A stretch of DNA of 64,000 nt from Candidatus Versatilivorator sp. (GTDB lineage Bacteria > Acidobacteriota > Terriglobia > Versatilivoradales > Versatilivoraceae), in contig OZ242296.1 in the NCBI GenBank assembly GCA_965207735.1, positions 800,001 through 864,000 on the forward strand, written 5' to 3'. The notes below the pieces were generated by a model. It had not been told where the DNA came from, ran no database searches, and worked only from the letters and a program-made list of their open reading frames with translations. This document shows, piece after piece, positions 26,634 through 36,209 of the stretch. Numbering within the stretch: the stretch's first letter is position 1; each line of letters starts with the position of its first letter. Made by a program: the position numbers and the translations under genes.

Positions 26634-28550
26634 ATGAATTCAAATACTGTGCTCGATCGCGAAAAACTCAGGCACACCTTGGCTCGCGCCACCCGCAAGC
26701 TGCTGGATTCCCGGGTCCCGGCAGGCCACTGGGAAGGTGAGTTGTCGAGCAGCGCCCTCTCCACCGCCACCGCGGTGCTGGCTTTGGCCCTGCTGCTGCG
26801 GGAGGGAGAAGGGCGTCTGGATCCGAGTCTGGCGGCCACCTGTCGGAATTTGACGGCCAAGGGAAGGGACTGGCTGGTTGAGAACCAAAATCCGGACGGT
26901 GGTTTCGGCGATACAGTCGGGAGCCCCGGCAACCTGAGCACCACGGCGCTGGGCTGGGGGGCCTTGACAGCCGCGGACGGTGGTTGTGACCAGACTCTGA
27001 ACGCTACTCGGGCCTGGCTGACGGCCAGGACCGGAGGTCTGGACGCCGGGGCGCTGGCCACGGCCATTACCGCCCGCTATGGGGATGATCGCACCTTCTC
27101 GGCACCCATCCTGACCGCCTGCGCCCTGGCCGGAGCCTTCGGACCGGATAAAGGCGTCTGGAGCCGCGTCCCTCAGCTCCCTTTCGAGCTGGCCGTCTGT
27201 CCCCCGCAGTGGTTCAAGTGGCTGCGCCTGCCGGTGGTCAGCTATGCCCTGCCGGCCCTGATCGCCATCGGCCAGGTCCGCCACTGCTTCCATGCCACTC
27301 GAAATCCCTTGCTGCGCCTGATCCGCTCCCTGGCACGACGAAGGAGCCTGGAGATCCTGCAGACCATTCAGCCGGCAAGCGGCGGTTACCTGGAAGCGGT
27401 TCCTCTCACCAGCTTCGTGATCATGAGCCTGGCGGCCAGCGGGCAGGCATGCCACCCGGTCGTCTTGCGGGGTGTGGATTTTTTGGCGGCCACCGCTCGG
27501 GCCGACGGATCCTGGCCCATCGATACCAACCTGGCAACCTGGGTGACCACCCAGTCCCTCGCTTCCCTGGCGGCCGGAGGGGATCTCGAATCCCACCTGG
27601 ATGCGGAAGAGCGCCGAGACCTCCGGCGCTGGCTGCTGGATCAGCAATATCACAGCCTGCACCCCTATACCCATGCCGAGCCTGGCGGCTGGGCCTGGAC
27701 CGATCTGCCGGGCGGGGTTCCGGATGCCGACGATACCGCCGGCGCCCTGCTGGCCTTGAGCTACCTGGGACCCGGCGATGTCGAGTCGATTCAAGCCGCT
27801 TCCGCCGGCGTGGAGTGGCTGCTCGATCTGCAGAACTCTGACGGAGGCATTCCAACCTTCTGTCGTGGCTGGGGCCGGCTGCCCTTCGACCGCAGCAGCC
27901 CCGATCTCACGGCCCATGCGCTGCTGGCCTGGTCAAGCTGGCAACAGGCTGTTCCGCTCCGGCTTCGATCCCGCCTGCAGTCGGCCGGGAGGCGCGGTGT
28001 GAACTATCTGTCCGTTTCCCAACGAGAGGACGGCGCCTGGGTGCCGCTCTGGTTCGGTAACCAGGCGGCCCGAGGCGAAGAGAACCCGACCTATGGCACG
28101 GCCCGGGTAGTGCTGGCTCTCAACCGTCTGAGCGACGACGGAGACTTTCCGGTTGAAGGAATGAGGAGTCGAGGCATCGACTGGTTGCTGGCTGCGCAGA
28201 ACGCCGACGGTGGCTGGGGCGGATCTGCAGGAGTGGCATCCACCATCGAAGAGACGGCTCTGGCGGTACAGACCCTGGCGGATGCCCCGGATGTGGCTTC
28301 GCATTCCCTGGACCTGACGAGGAGCCCCGTGGAGGTCGCCATCGCCAAGGGGGTATCCTTGCTGGTCGCTGCCACCCGAGGGGGGCGGGATTTCAAGCCG
28401 TCGCCCATCGGACTCTACTTTTCCAAGCTGTGGTACTTCGAGCGCCAGTATCCGGTTATCTTCTCCGTGGCCGCCCTGGGTCGGGCAGCCTCCACGGATT
28501 ATCGATGCACCCTTTCCAATACCTCGGCCGGCGGAGGCGGAAACAGGTAG
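26634..28550 (+). CDS. squalene-hopene-cyclase-like class II terpene cyclase
   Basis: GHWEGEL, QW repeats (QNPDGGFG, QNSDGG, QREDGAW, QNADGGWG), catalytic PDADDTA (DxDD). Confidence 0.88.
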   Translation: MNSNTVLDREKLRHTLARATRKLLDSRVPAGHWEGELSSSALSTATAVLALALLLREGEGRLDPSLAATCRNLTAKGRDWLVENQNPDGGFGDTVGSPGNLSTTALGWGALTAADGGCDQTLNATRAWLTARTGGLDAGALATAITARYGDDRTFSAPILTACALAGAFGPDKGVWSRVPQLPFELAVCPPQWFKWLRLPVVSYALPALIAIGQVRHCFHATRNPLLRLIRSLARRRSLEILQTIQPASGGYLEAVPLTSFVIMSLAASGQACHPVVLRGVDFLAATARADGSWPIDTNLATWVTTQSLASLAAGGDLESHLDAEERRDLRRWLLDQQYHSLHPYTHAEPGGWAWTDLPGGVPDADDTAGALLALSYLGPGDVESIQAASAGVEWLLDLQNSDGGIPTFCRGWGRLPFDRSSPDLTAHALLAWSSWQQAVPLRLRSRLQSAGRRGVNYLSVSQREDGAWVPLWFGNQAARGEENPTYGTARVVLALNRLSDDGDFPVEGMRSRGIDWLLAAQNADGGWGGSAGVASTIEETALAVQTLADAPDVASHSLDLTRSPVEVAIAKGVSLLVAATRGGRDFKPSPIGLYFSKLWYFERQYPVIFSVAALGRAASTDYRCTLSNTSAGGGGNR

Positions 28551-28595
28551 CTTGCCGTGTAACCGACGAACAGGTCTGCCATGGTTCGACTCCGT

Positions 28596-30170
28596 TCAAT
28601 AGGTCGGCTTCCCTACCCCGCGGGGAGCATGGAAGCTCCCGCGGGTGAGTCCCCGGCCGGCTTCGATGTAGTCGTCCAGCTTCCGCTTCAGATCCGCCAC
28701 TACATCCGGGTATTGCGCGGCCACATCCGTCAGCTCGTCGGGGTCCTTTTCGCGGCTGTAGAGCTGGGGCGGATAGGTGCCGGAGTATTCGTCCGGATTC
28801 CACACCGCGCTGAAGTTCCATTCAGGGGTTCGCACCGCCCCGATCCATCCGTAGGCCATGACGGCGTGATCGTGAATGCTCCGGGTTTTCCCCGTGACCA
28901 GCGGCCAGAAGTCCTTTCCGGTGACCCGCGGGACCGGCTCCAGTTCCAGTCGTCCCAGCAGGGTGGGAACGTAGTCGGGGATCTGGACGAAGCCGCCCAC
29001 TCGCCGGCCGGCGCCTTCCCTGCCGGGCAGGCGAACCAGCAGGGGCAGATGAGACACTTGGCGGCGAATGCGTTCCGGCCCTTTGCAGAACTGGCCCTGC
29101 TCCCCCAGCAGTGCTCCATGATCAGACATGAAGGCCACGATGGAGTTGTCGAACAGTCCCAGTTCCTCGATCGCCTTGAAGATCTCTCCCAGCCAGTAGT
29201 CCACACATTCGCTTTCGGCGAAGTAGTTGGCTCTCAAGCGTTTGACTCCCTCCTCCGGAACCTCGACATCATCATAGGGCGGCGTGGCCCAGGTGGGTCC
29301 CTTGGCATTGGGCATGTAATTGTCCAGAAACCTCCTGGGCGGGTCCCAGGGCTCGTGGGGATCGAAGGCCTCCATTTGGAGGAAAAAGGGCTTGTGGCCG
29401 TGATTTTCCCTGAGCCAGGCAATGACCTTCCTGGCAGTAATTTCAATCAGGGATTCGCCCTCCTTCAGCCACCGGCTCATGTTCAGCTTACCCTGGTTGA
29501 CTTCCCACCGCAGGTCGGCTCTGGAGAAAGGGCTGAAATTCTCCAAGTAGGCTTCCGGGACCACATCGGTGATCTCCGGCAGTTGGTGAGGCAAGGTGGC
29601 GTAGTAATCGAAGGAATGGCCTCTGACCCAGTCGAAATAGCGGAAACCTCGATGAAAGTTTCGCCCCGGCCGGGTGAAATGGAGAATGTCGGCGATCAGG
29701 GCGGTGGCGTAGCCGGCTTCATGAAGGGTCTCGGCCAGGGTGACATCTTCGAAAAACAATGGATGCCAGCCAGGCATTTGCACCGGATCATGCTGCTGAT
29801 AGTAGTCGAAAGGCACGATTCTTCGTCCGGTCATGAGGTTTCGCCGAATGGGAACCGTCGGCAAGGCCTCCGGGTAGGCATCTTCGAAGATGACGCTGTC
29901 TTGCGCAAAGCGGTTGAGGTTGGGGCAGTCCACCTGGTTACCCCCATAGCAGGCCAGGTTGTCGGCACGAAAGGTGTCCACGTCCAGCAGGATGAGATTC
30001 AGCCGGTTGCCCTTGTCCCTCTGGTCCGGCGGTTTTTCCCAGACTCCGCCGGAAGCATCAGTGTCACTCCCCTCAGGCCGGCTGCCGGCGCAGCCCGCCA
30101 GGCCGACGGCCGCCGCCGAGGCCGGAGCCCGCGTCAGAAATTCCCTTCTGGAGAAATGTTTGGGCGCCAT
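28596..30170 (-). CDS. Tat-exported sulfatase-like hydrolase
   Basis: SRREFL Tat motif, DTFRAD, PTVPIRRNLMTG, DPHEPWDPP, SDHG, QLY..EKDPDE; start ATG 30170. Confidence 0.85.
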   Translation of the reverse strand: MAPKHFSRREFLTRAPASAAAVGLAGCAGSRPEGSDTDASGGVWEKPPDQRDKGNRLNLILLDVDTFRADNLACYGGNQVDCPNLNRFAQDSVIFEDAYPEALPTVPIRRNLMTGRRIVPFDYYQQHDPVQMPGWHPLFFEDVTLAETLHEAGYATALIADILHFTRPGRNFHRGFRYFDWVRGHSFDYYATLPHQLPEITDVVPEAYLENFSPFSRADLRWEVNQGKLNMSRWLKEGESLIEITARKVIAWLRENHGHKPFFLQMEAFDPHEPWDPPRRFLDNYMPNAKGPTWATPPYDDVEVPEEGVKRLRANYFAESECVDYWLGEIFKAIEELGLFDNSIVAFMSDHGALLGEQGQFCKGPERIRRQVSHLPLLVRLPGREGAGRRVGGFVQIPDYVPTLLGRLELEPVPRVTGKDFWPLVTGKTRSIHDHAVMAYGWIGAVRTPEWNFSAVWNPDEYSGTYPPQLYSREKDPDELTDVAAQYPDVVADLKRKLDDYIEAGRGLTRGSFHAPRGVGKPTY

Positions 30171-30437
30171 GGAGATACTCCTTTCCCTTGTCGGGAACAC
30201 ACCTGTTTCACTCTGTATCAGCCGCCTCATTATATGGGACGGCAGCGCAGCCGGGTGAGAAGTGAATAGTGGAGAGTGGAGAGTTATTTGACCGGTTGGT
30301 GTTTCACTCTGCATGATTTGCACGCCAGGGCGGTGCTGGACTTGTAGCCGCTGGGCCAGCCGGTGCACGACTTCGCTGAAGAAGGATCGGTTTCGTGAGA
30401 AAATACCATCCCTCACGATGACCATAAAGGAGGCGCC

Positions 30438-31403
30438 TTGAAGAAAATCACTCGTGATCAGGCCAGAAAGTATGCCTTTGATTGGGAAGACGAGCCGCTG
30501 TTGAGAGTCAGGCCCGGCGAGAGCTTCGAAATCGAGACCTGGGATGCCAGCACCGGCTATTTTCGCACCCCGGACGACAAGGCCATTCCAAGCCTGCGGC
30601 CCGGATTCGACCGAGACCCTCCGCTGGCCAATCCCATTGGCGGACCGGTCTGGCTGGAGGGCGCTGAAGCGGGAGACCTGCTCGAAGTGAACATCGAGGC
30701 CATCACGGTGGCGGAGTATTCCTGGACGGCGGTGGGTCCCAACCGCGGACCTCTGGGCGCCTCAACCCGCTGGCCGGAGCTTTCATCCCAATACGCCACC
30801 AGGATCTTCCGTCATGCTTCAGGGCCCAGCGGCACCACCCGGGACGGCACCTTGCATTTCAATCAACGGATCCAGTGGCCCATCACTCCCTTTGTCGGGA
30901 CTCTGGGGGTGGCCCCTGACCGCGAGGTAACTACCAGCGGCGACGGACAGGGCCCCTGGGGCGGCAACCTGGACATCCGTGATCTGGCCCCCGGAAATAA
31001 AATCTATCTTCCCATCTTTCATCCGGGCGCCCGTTTTTACCTGGGCGATATCCACGCCAGTCAAGGGGACACCGAATTCACCGGTACGGCCGCGGAAACC
31101 AATGCCACCGTGCGCCTGAGCCTTGAACTGGCGAAGGGCAAGACCATTCCCTTCATGCGGATCGAAAAGCCCGACTCCATCGTTGCCGTCCACGCCTACC
31201 GGCCCCTGGAAGTTGCCGTGGAGACGGCCACCTTCCACCTGATGGACTGGCTCATCACCGATTACGGATTCACCCCCACCGACGCCTACTGCCTGGTGAG
31301 CGTCTGTCCCGACTTCCGCATCAACGTCTATCAGATGTGCAAGCTGGGAAAGCTGAACTTCGTGGCGGGGGCAGAGATTCCCACCCGCTACCTCGACCGG
31401 TAA
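30438..31403 (+). CDS. acetamidase/formamidase family protein
   Basis: NPIGGPVWLEGAEAGD, GGNLDI, GDIHASQGDTE; AAGGAGG RBS before TTG. Confidence 0.85.
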   Translation: MKKITRDQARKYAFDWEDEPLLRVRPGESFEIETWDASTGYFRTPDDKAIPSLRPGFDRDPPLANPIGGPVWLEGAEAGDLLEVNIEAITVAEYSWTAVGPNRGPLGASTRWPELSSQYATRIFRHASGPSGTTRDGTLHFNQRIQWPITPFVGTLGVAPDREVTTSGDGQGPWGGNLDIRDLAPGNKIYLPIFHPGARFYLGDIHASQGDTEFTGTAAETNATVRLSLELAKGKTIPFMRIEKPDSIVAVHAYRPLEVAVETATFHLMDWLITDYGFTPTDAYCLVSVCPDFRINVYQMCKLGKLNFVAGAEIPTRYLDR

Positions 31404-31699
31404 AGGCTTCCTTGGGTCCGGCAGACGGGAATTCTGTGCTCAGTGCGAGCGGTCCAGGCCGCCACGTCCTGGGAGAGCAGGTCGGAAGTTAACGTGAATG
31501 CATCTTGCACCCCGGAAACGCTCCCAGGACGATTTTGGCTCTCTCAGCGGGCACTTTCTCCCCGCCTGTGGGCTATCCGGAATTTCTGTCCCGATCGTCC
31601 GAAAAACGAGGCTGTAGGATTCGCCGTACTGCATCCTCTCGGGGGCCGGCGATCTGGAGCACCTGGAGGCAGGAGGCCGTACGTGATAGGATAGGCTGT

Positions 31700-31933
31700 A
31701 TGAGCCCTGAAAGCATCACTCTCATCGGTATCGGAGTTGCCCTGCTCAGTGCCCTGGTGCTCCTCTTCCGCTGGCTGCGCCGGGACCTCCAGGGTCTACG
31801 CCAGGACATGAGGGACATGGAAGGCCGCCTAAATGCCCGGATCGACGCCTTGAGCTCGCGGATCGACTCGGTCAACTCCCGGATCGACGCTCTCTTTCAG
31901 GCCCTCTTCAGCCGCAAAGACCCCGCAGCGTGA
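31700..31933 (+). CDS. small membrane-anchored coiled-coil hypothetical protein
   Basis: 77 aa: one TM helix followed by heptads LNARIDA/LSSRIDS/VNSRIDA. Confidence 0.6.
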   Translation: MSPESITLIGIGVALLSALVLLFRWLRRDLQGLRQDMRDMEGRLNARIDALSSRIDSVNSRIDALFQALFSRKDPAA

Positions 31934-32040
31934 AGGCTTGGTTCCTTTTCTCTCCCCGTTATCCAACCTCACGTTAAAATCAGGACCCACGGAGATAAAG
32001 AGTGAACCACCAATGAACACGAAATAGTCTATCGTGTTTG

Positions 32041-32421
32041 CTACTTGGACCCCACTGACTTGCGGCCGGGGGCGGCCTGATAGAGGCGGTCGATTTTGGC
32101 CGCCAGGATGAAGTCGTTCTGGCTCAGGCCGTCGATCTTGTGGGTGTAGATCTTGATGTCGACCTTGCCCCAGGCCAGGGCCAGGTCAGGGTGGTGCCAT
32201 TCCCGCTCGGCGAGTTCGCCCACTCCGTTCACGAAGTCGAGGGCTGTCCTGAAATTCTTGAACCGGAAGCTCTTGACCAGGTGGTGCTCTTCCACGGCTT
32301 CCCAGGCGTTTACTTCCTGCAGGAACTTCCCGATCGCTTTCCCTTTGAGTGGTGGAATCCCACCGCGGCAGGGAACGCAGTTCTTGTGGATCAAGCCGCC
32401 GACTTCGGGTTTCGTGGTCAT
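32041..32421 (-). CDS. pterin-4-alpha-carbinolamine dehydratase
   Basis: CVPC, FKNF..ALDFVN, EWHHPD, THKIDGLSQNDFILAAKID. Confidence 0.88.
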   Translation of the reverse strand: MTTKPEVGGLIHKNCVPCRGGIPPLKGKAIGKFLQEVNAWEAVEEHHLVKSFRFKNFRTALDFVNGVGELAEREWHHPDLALAWGKVDIKIYTHKIDGLSQNDFILAAKIDRLYQAAPGRKSVGSK

Positions 32422-32500
32422 ACCCGCTCCTTCCGTCGCCCTCAGGGCGCTTTCCGCAGGGCCGGCTGCCGGTTTCCCCGGTCCCTCGCAGCCACTCTCC

Positions 32501-32980
32501 TCACTCCGACTCAATCAAGGCCACCGCGTAGGCAGCGCATCCCTCTCCTTTTCCCAAAGGCCCCAGCCTCTCGTGGGTGGTCGCCTTGACGGATACCCGG
32601 CCGGTTTCCAGGCCCAGCACCCCGGCGATGGCCTCCCTCATCCGGGGGACGTAGGCGGCAATCCTGGGAGCTTCCAGCACCACCGTCGCATCCAGGTTGA
32701 CAACGGTGTAGTCATGAGTCTTGATCAGCCGGGCTACTTCTCTCAGGAAGTCCGCGCTGGGCGCATCCCGGAACCGCTCGTCGTTGTCCGGGAAATGGCT
32801 GCCGATGTCGCCCAGCGCCGCCGCTCCCAGGAGCGCATCGCAGATGGCATGCAACAACACGTCGGCATCCGAGTGGCCCAGCAGTCCGCGCTCCCCGGGA
32901 ATCTCAACTCCCCCGAGAATCAGGCTGCGTCCCGGCGAAAACGCGTGAATGTCGTACCCGAATCCAATGCGAGTCATCAA
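32501..32980 (-). CDS. ispF: 2-C-methyl-D-erythritol 2,4-cyclodiphosphate synthase
   Basis: RIGFGYDIH, GHSDADVLLHAICDALLGA, GDIG, VKATT.E.LG. Confidence 0.95.
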   Translation of the reverse strand: MMTRIGFGYDIHAFSPGRSLILGGVEIPGERGLLGHSDADVLLHAICDALLGAAALGDIGSHFPDNDERFRDAPSADFLREVARLIKTHDYTVVNLDATVVLEAPRIAAYVPRMREAIAGVLGLETGRVSVKATTHERLGPLGKGEGCAAYAVALIESE

Positions 32981-33258
32981 TGTCGGATTTCAAAGTGGGT
33001 GTAGCTGTGCCGCCAAGCCCGCCATTCCATCCGGAGGTTGTCAACCCTGGCCGAATAGGGTCCCTTGCGTGCCTGTACCAACAGGGCCTCGATGAGGGCT
33101 CGCTCACCCTCGAGTTCAATCTCGACCTCTCCGCTGGATAGATTCCTGGTGAATCCGACCAGCCCCAGGCGGGAGGCGTGGCGATAGATGAAGAAGCGGA
33201 ATCCAACTCCCTGGACGGCGCCCCCAATTAGTATTCTGGCCCCGGCTTTCACAAGCAC
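32977..33258 (-). CDS. acyP: acylphosphatase
   Basis: VQGVGFR, G.TRNL..GEVE. Confidence 0.9.
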   Translation of the reverse strand: MLVKAGARILIGGAVQGVGFRFFIYRHASRLGLVGFTRNLSSGEVEIELEGERALIEALLVQARKGPYSARVDNLRMEWRAWRHSYTHFEIRH

Positions 33259-33398
33259 CGAACATAGATTCTCCCCTGGGGAATGTCAATTCGGTATTTC
33301 GCCAATCTGCAAAAGTCGAGGCTTGCATTTTTTCTGGAATTTGATAGGTTTGCTGCATTCCGCGTTTCAATGATCCAAACCCAGCTAGGACGCCCAAG

Positions 33399-33869
33399 AT
33401 GAAAACCCAAATCAATGTTCGCATCAACGGACAAGAGCGCACCGACGAAGTCGAGCCTCGCCTGCTGTTGATCCACTATCTCCGCGAGGTCATCGGCCTC
33501 AAGGGGCCTCACATTGGATGTGAAACCTCCATCTGTGGCGCTTGCACGGTGGCTTTCAACGGAAAGACGGTCAAGTCTTGCGCCCTGTTGGCCGTACAAG
33601 CCGACGGCCAGGACATCGTGACGGTCGAAGGGCTGGCCACTGACGGGCAATTGCATCCGGTTCAGGAGGCCTTCTGGAACGAGCATGGCCTGCAATGCGG
33701 CTTTTGCACCCCCGGCATGCTGATGACTACCAGAGAGCTGATCGAGAGGAATCCCGAGCCGACCGATGAGGAGATACGCCACGGCCTGGAAGGCAACCTG
33801 TGTCGCTGCACGGGTTATCAGCACATCGTCAATGCAGTGAAATCTGCCGCAGCCAAGGTAGGAGGGTAA
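33399..33869 (+). CDS. coxS: molybdenum hydroxylase small [2Fe-2S] subunit
   Basis: [29 protein letters not shown]. Confidence 0.9.
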   Translation: MKTQINVRINGQERTDEVEPRLLLIHYLREVIGLKGPHIGCETSICGACTVAFNGKTVKSCALLAVQADGQDIVTVEGLATDGQLHPVQEAFWNEHGLQCGFCTPGMLMTTRELIERNPEPTDEEIRHGLEGNLCRCTGYQHIVNAVKSAAAKVGG

Positions 33870-33872
33870 GCG

Positions 33873-36209
33873 ATGGAGACGACCGTAACAAAGAAGATCG
33901 ACAAACTGGTTGGAAAACCCATCCGGCGGCGGGAGGACCCGAGGCTCATCACCGGCACCGCCACCTACGTGGAGGACATCGAGCTACCCGGTATGCACTA
34001 CGCCGCGGTGGTACGCAGCCCCCATCCGGCGGCCAATATCAAGAGCATCGACACCCAGGCGGCCGAACAGCACCCGGGCGTGGTGGCCGTTTACACCGGG
34101 AAGGATATTGACCACCTGGGAGCCGTTCCCTGTGGGATTTCCCTGCCTGACCTGAGGATCCCCCACCATCACCTGCTGGCCCAGGACCGCGTCTACTACG
34201 TGGGCCATCCCGTGGCCGTTGTGGTCGCCAGGGATCGTTATATCGTCGCCGACGCCGTGGACTTGGTGGAGGTGGAATACGAGCCTACGGACTCGGTATC
34301 AGATCCCGAGGAGGCACTGGAATCGGCCGCTCCCCCGGTCCACTCCGAGTGGCCCGACAACGTGGCCTTTACCCACCATCAGGAGGGTGGAGACATCGAG
34401 AAGGCCTTTGCGGAAGCCGACGTGATCGTCAAGGAGCGCATCGTCAGCCAGCGCCTGGCCCCGTCGGCCATGGAGCCCCGGGGCACAGTGGCCTCCTGGA
34501 ATTCAGGCGACGAGACGCTCACGGTCTACAGTTCGACTCAAATCCCTCACATCCTGAGAACTCTCATGGCAGGTGTGCTGGGTTTGCCCGAGCACAAACT
34601 GCGGGTGATAGCCCCGGAGGTCGGCGGCGGGTTTGGAAGCAAGTGCGAGCTCTATCCCGAGGAAGCCCTGACGGCCTTCATCGCCATGAAGATCGGCAAG
34701 CCGGTCAAGTGGGTCCTGACGCGGCGCGACGAGTTTCTGGCCACCATTCACGGCCGGGGCCACGTCGACTTCTACGAACTGGCCGCCAAGAAGGACGGCA
34801 CCATGCTGGGACTCAAGGTCAAGATCATTCAGGATGTGGGGTCCTTCCACATGCTGTTGACGCCGGCCATGCCCACCCTCTCGGTGCTGATGTTGCCTGG
34901 CCTGTACCGGTTCAAGAATGTCAACGCCGACGTGGTGGGAGTCTTCACCCACAGGATGGCCACCGATCTCTATCGGGGCGCGGGCCGGCCCGAAGCCACC
35001 CACGGGATTGAGCGCATGGTGGAAGTTCTGGCCGCCGAACTAAAGATGGACCCGGTGGAACTGCGAATCAAGAACTTCGTTCCACCCAGCGACTTCCCCT
35101 ACGACACTCCCATGGGAGTCTCCTATGACAGCGGCAACTACGCGGCCATTCTGGAGAAGGCCGTGGAGACGGTCGGCTACTCTCAACTGCGGCAGGAGCA
35201 GCAGGAGGCCCGCCGACAGGGCCGTCTGATGGGGATCGGCATCGCGACCTACGGCGAAATCTGCGCCTTCGGCCCCTCTCCCGCTCTGCCCACCGGGGGT
35301 TGGGAGAGCGCTACCGTCAAGATCGAACCTTCCGGGCAGGTCACCGTTATGACGGGCACGTCCCCCCACGGCCAGGGGACGCAAACCACCTTCAGCCAGA
35401 TTGCGGCCGACGAGCTGGGGGTGGACATCAACGACATTGTGGTGGCCCACGGGGATACGTCCACGGTGCAGCACGGAGTGGGCACCTTCGGCAGCCGCAA
35501 CACCTCCGTTGGAGGAACAGCCCTGGTCCTGGCCATTCGGGAACTCAAGGAGAAGATCGAAACCTATGGCGCCATGTTGCTCGAGTCCGACGACGTGACT
35601 TACGCCGCCGGCGCCTGCACTTGCAACAAGACCGGAAAGACCGTCACCCTGGGCGAAATCGCGATGACCAGCTGGACCGGTCCCACTTACCCCGCCAATA
35701 CACAGCCTGGACTGGTTGCAACCAACTACTGGGAACCCCCCAACTTTGCCTTCCCCTTCGGGGCTCACATCGTGGTGAGCGAAGTCGATCCGGACACGGG
35801 TGAAGTGGCCATCAAGCGCTACCTGGCGGTGGATGACTGCGGAAAGGTCATCAATCCCCTGCTGGTGGACGGCCAGGTGCACGGCGGCGTCGCCCAAGGC
35901 CTGGGACAGGCGCTTTACGAGCAGGTGGTCTACGATGACGTGGGTCAGCTCGTCACCGGGGAATACATGGACTACGCCCTGCCCAAGGCCGCCATGGTGC
36001 CGACCATCGAAACCGACCGCACCGAAACTCCCTCCCCGGTGAATCCTCTGGGCGTCAAGGGTGTCGGCGAAGCGGGCACCATCGCAGCCTCCCCCGCCGT
36101 GGTAAATTCGGTGGTGGACGCTCTTTCCCACCTGGGGGTTCGGCATATCAACATGCCTCTGACCCCGGAAAAAATCTGGAAACTTGTTCAGCAAGGAGGT
36201 TCAGCGTGA
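33873..36209 (+). CDS. coxL: molybdenum hydroxylase large subunit (form II CoxL-like)
   Basis: RREDPRL, GGGFGSK, YRGAGR active-site loop, GQG, GTFGSR, KGVGEAG. Confidence 0.85.
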   Translation: METTVTKKIDKLVGKPIRRREDPRLITGTATYVEDIELPGMHYAAVVRSPHPAANIKSIDTQAAEQHPGVVAVYTGKDIDHLGAVPCGISLPDLRIPHHHLLAQDRVYYVGHPVAVVVARDRYIVADAVDLVEVEYEPTDSVSDPEEALESAAPPVHSEWPDNVAFTHHQEGGDIEKAFAEADVIVKERIVSQRLAPSAMEPRGTVASWNSGDETLTVYSSTQIPHILRTLMAGVLGLPEHKLRVIAPEVGGGFGSKCELYPEEALTAFIAMKIGKPVKWVLTRRDEFLATIHGRGHVDFYELAAKKDGTMLGLKVKIIQDVGSFHMLLTPAMPTLSVLMLPGLYRFKNVNADVVGVFTHRMATDLYRGAGRPEATHGIERMVEVLAAELKMDPVELRIKNFVPPSDFPYDTPMGVSYDSGNYAAILEKAVETVGYSQLRQEQQEARRQGRLMGIGIATYGEICAFGPSPALPTGGWESATVKIEPSGQVTVMTGTSPHGQGTQTTFSQIAADELGVDINDIVVAHGDTSTVQHGVGTFGSRNTSVGGTALVLAIRELKEKIETYGAMLLESDDVTYAAGACTCNKTGKTVTLGEIAMTSWTGPTYPANTQPGLVATNYWEPPNFAFPFGAHIVVSEVDPDTGEVAIKRYLAVDDCGKVINPLLVDGQVHGGVAQGLGQALYEQVVYDDVGQLVTGEYMDYALPKAAMVPTIETDRTETPSPVNPLGVKGVGEAGTIAASPAVVNSVVDALSHLGVRHINMPLTPEKIWKLVQQGGSA

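Noticed and set aside
33873-36209. Bona fide aerobic CO dehydrogenase (form I)
   Set aside because: Lacks the AYxCSFR Cu-binding motif and the gene order is S-L-M
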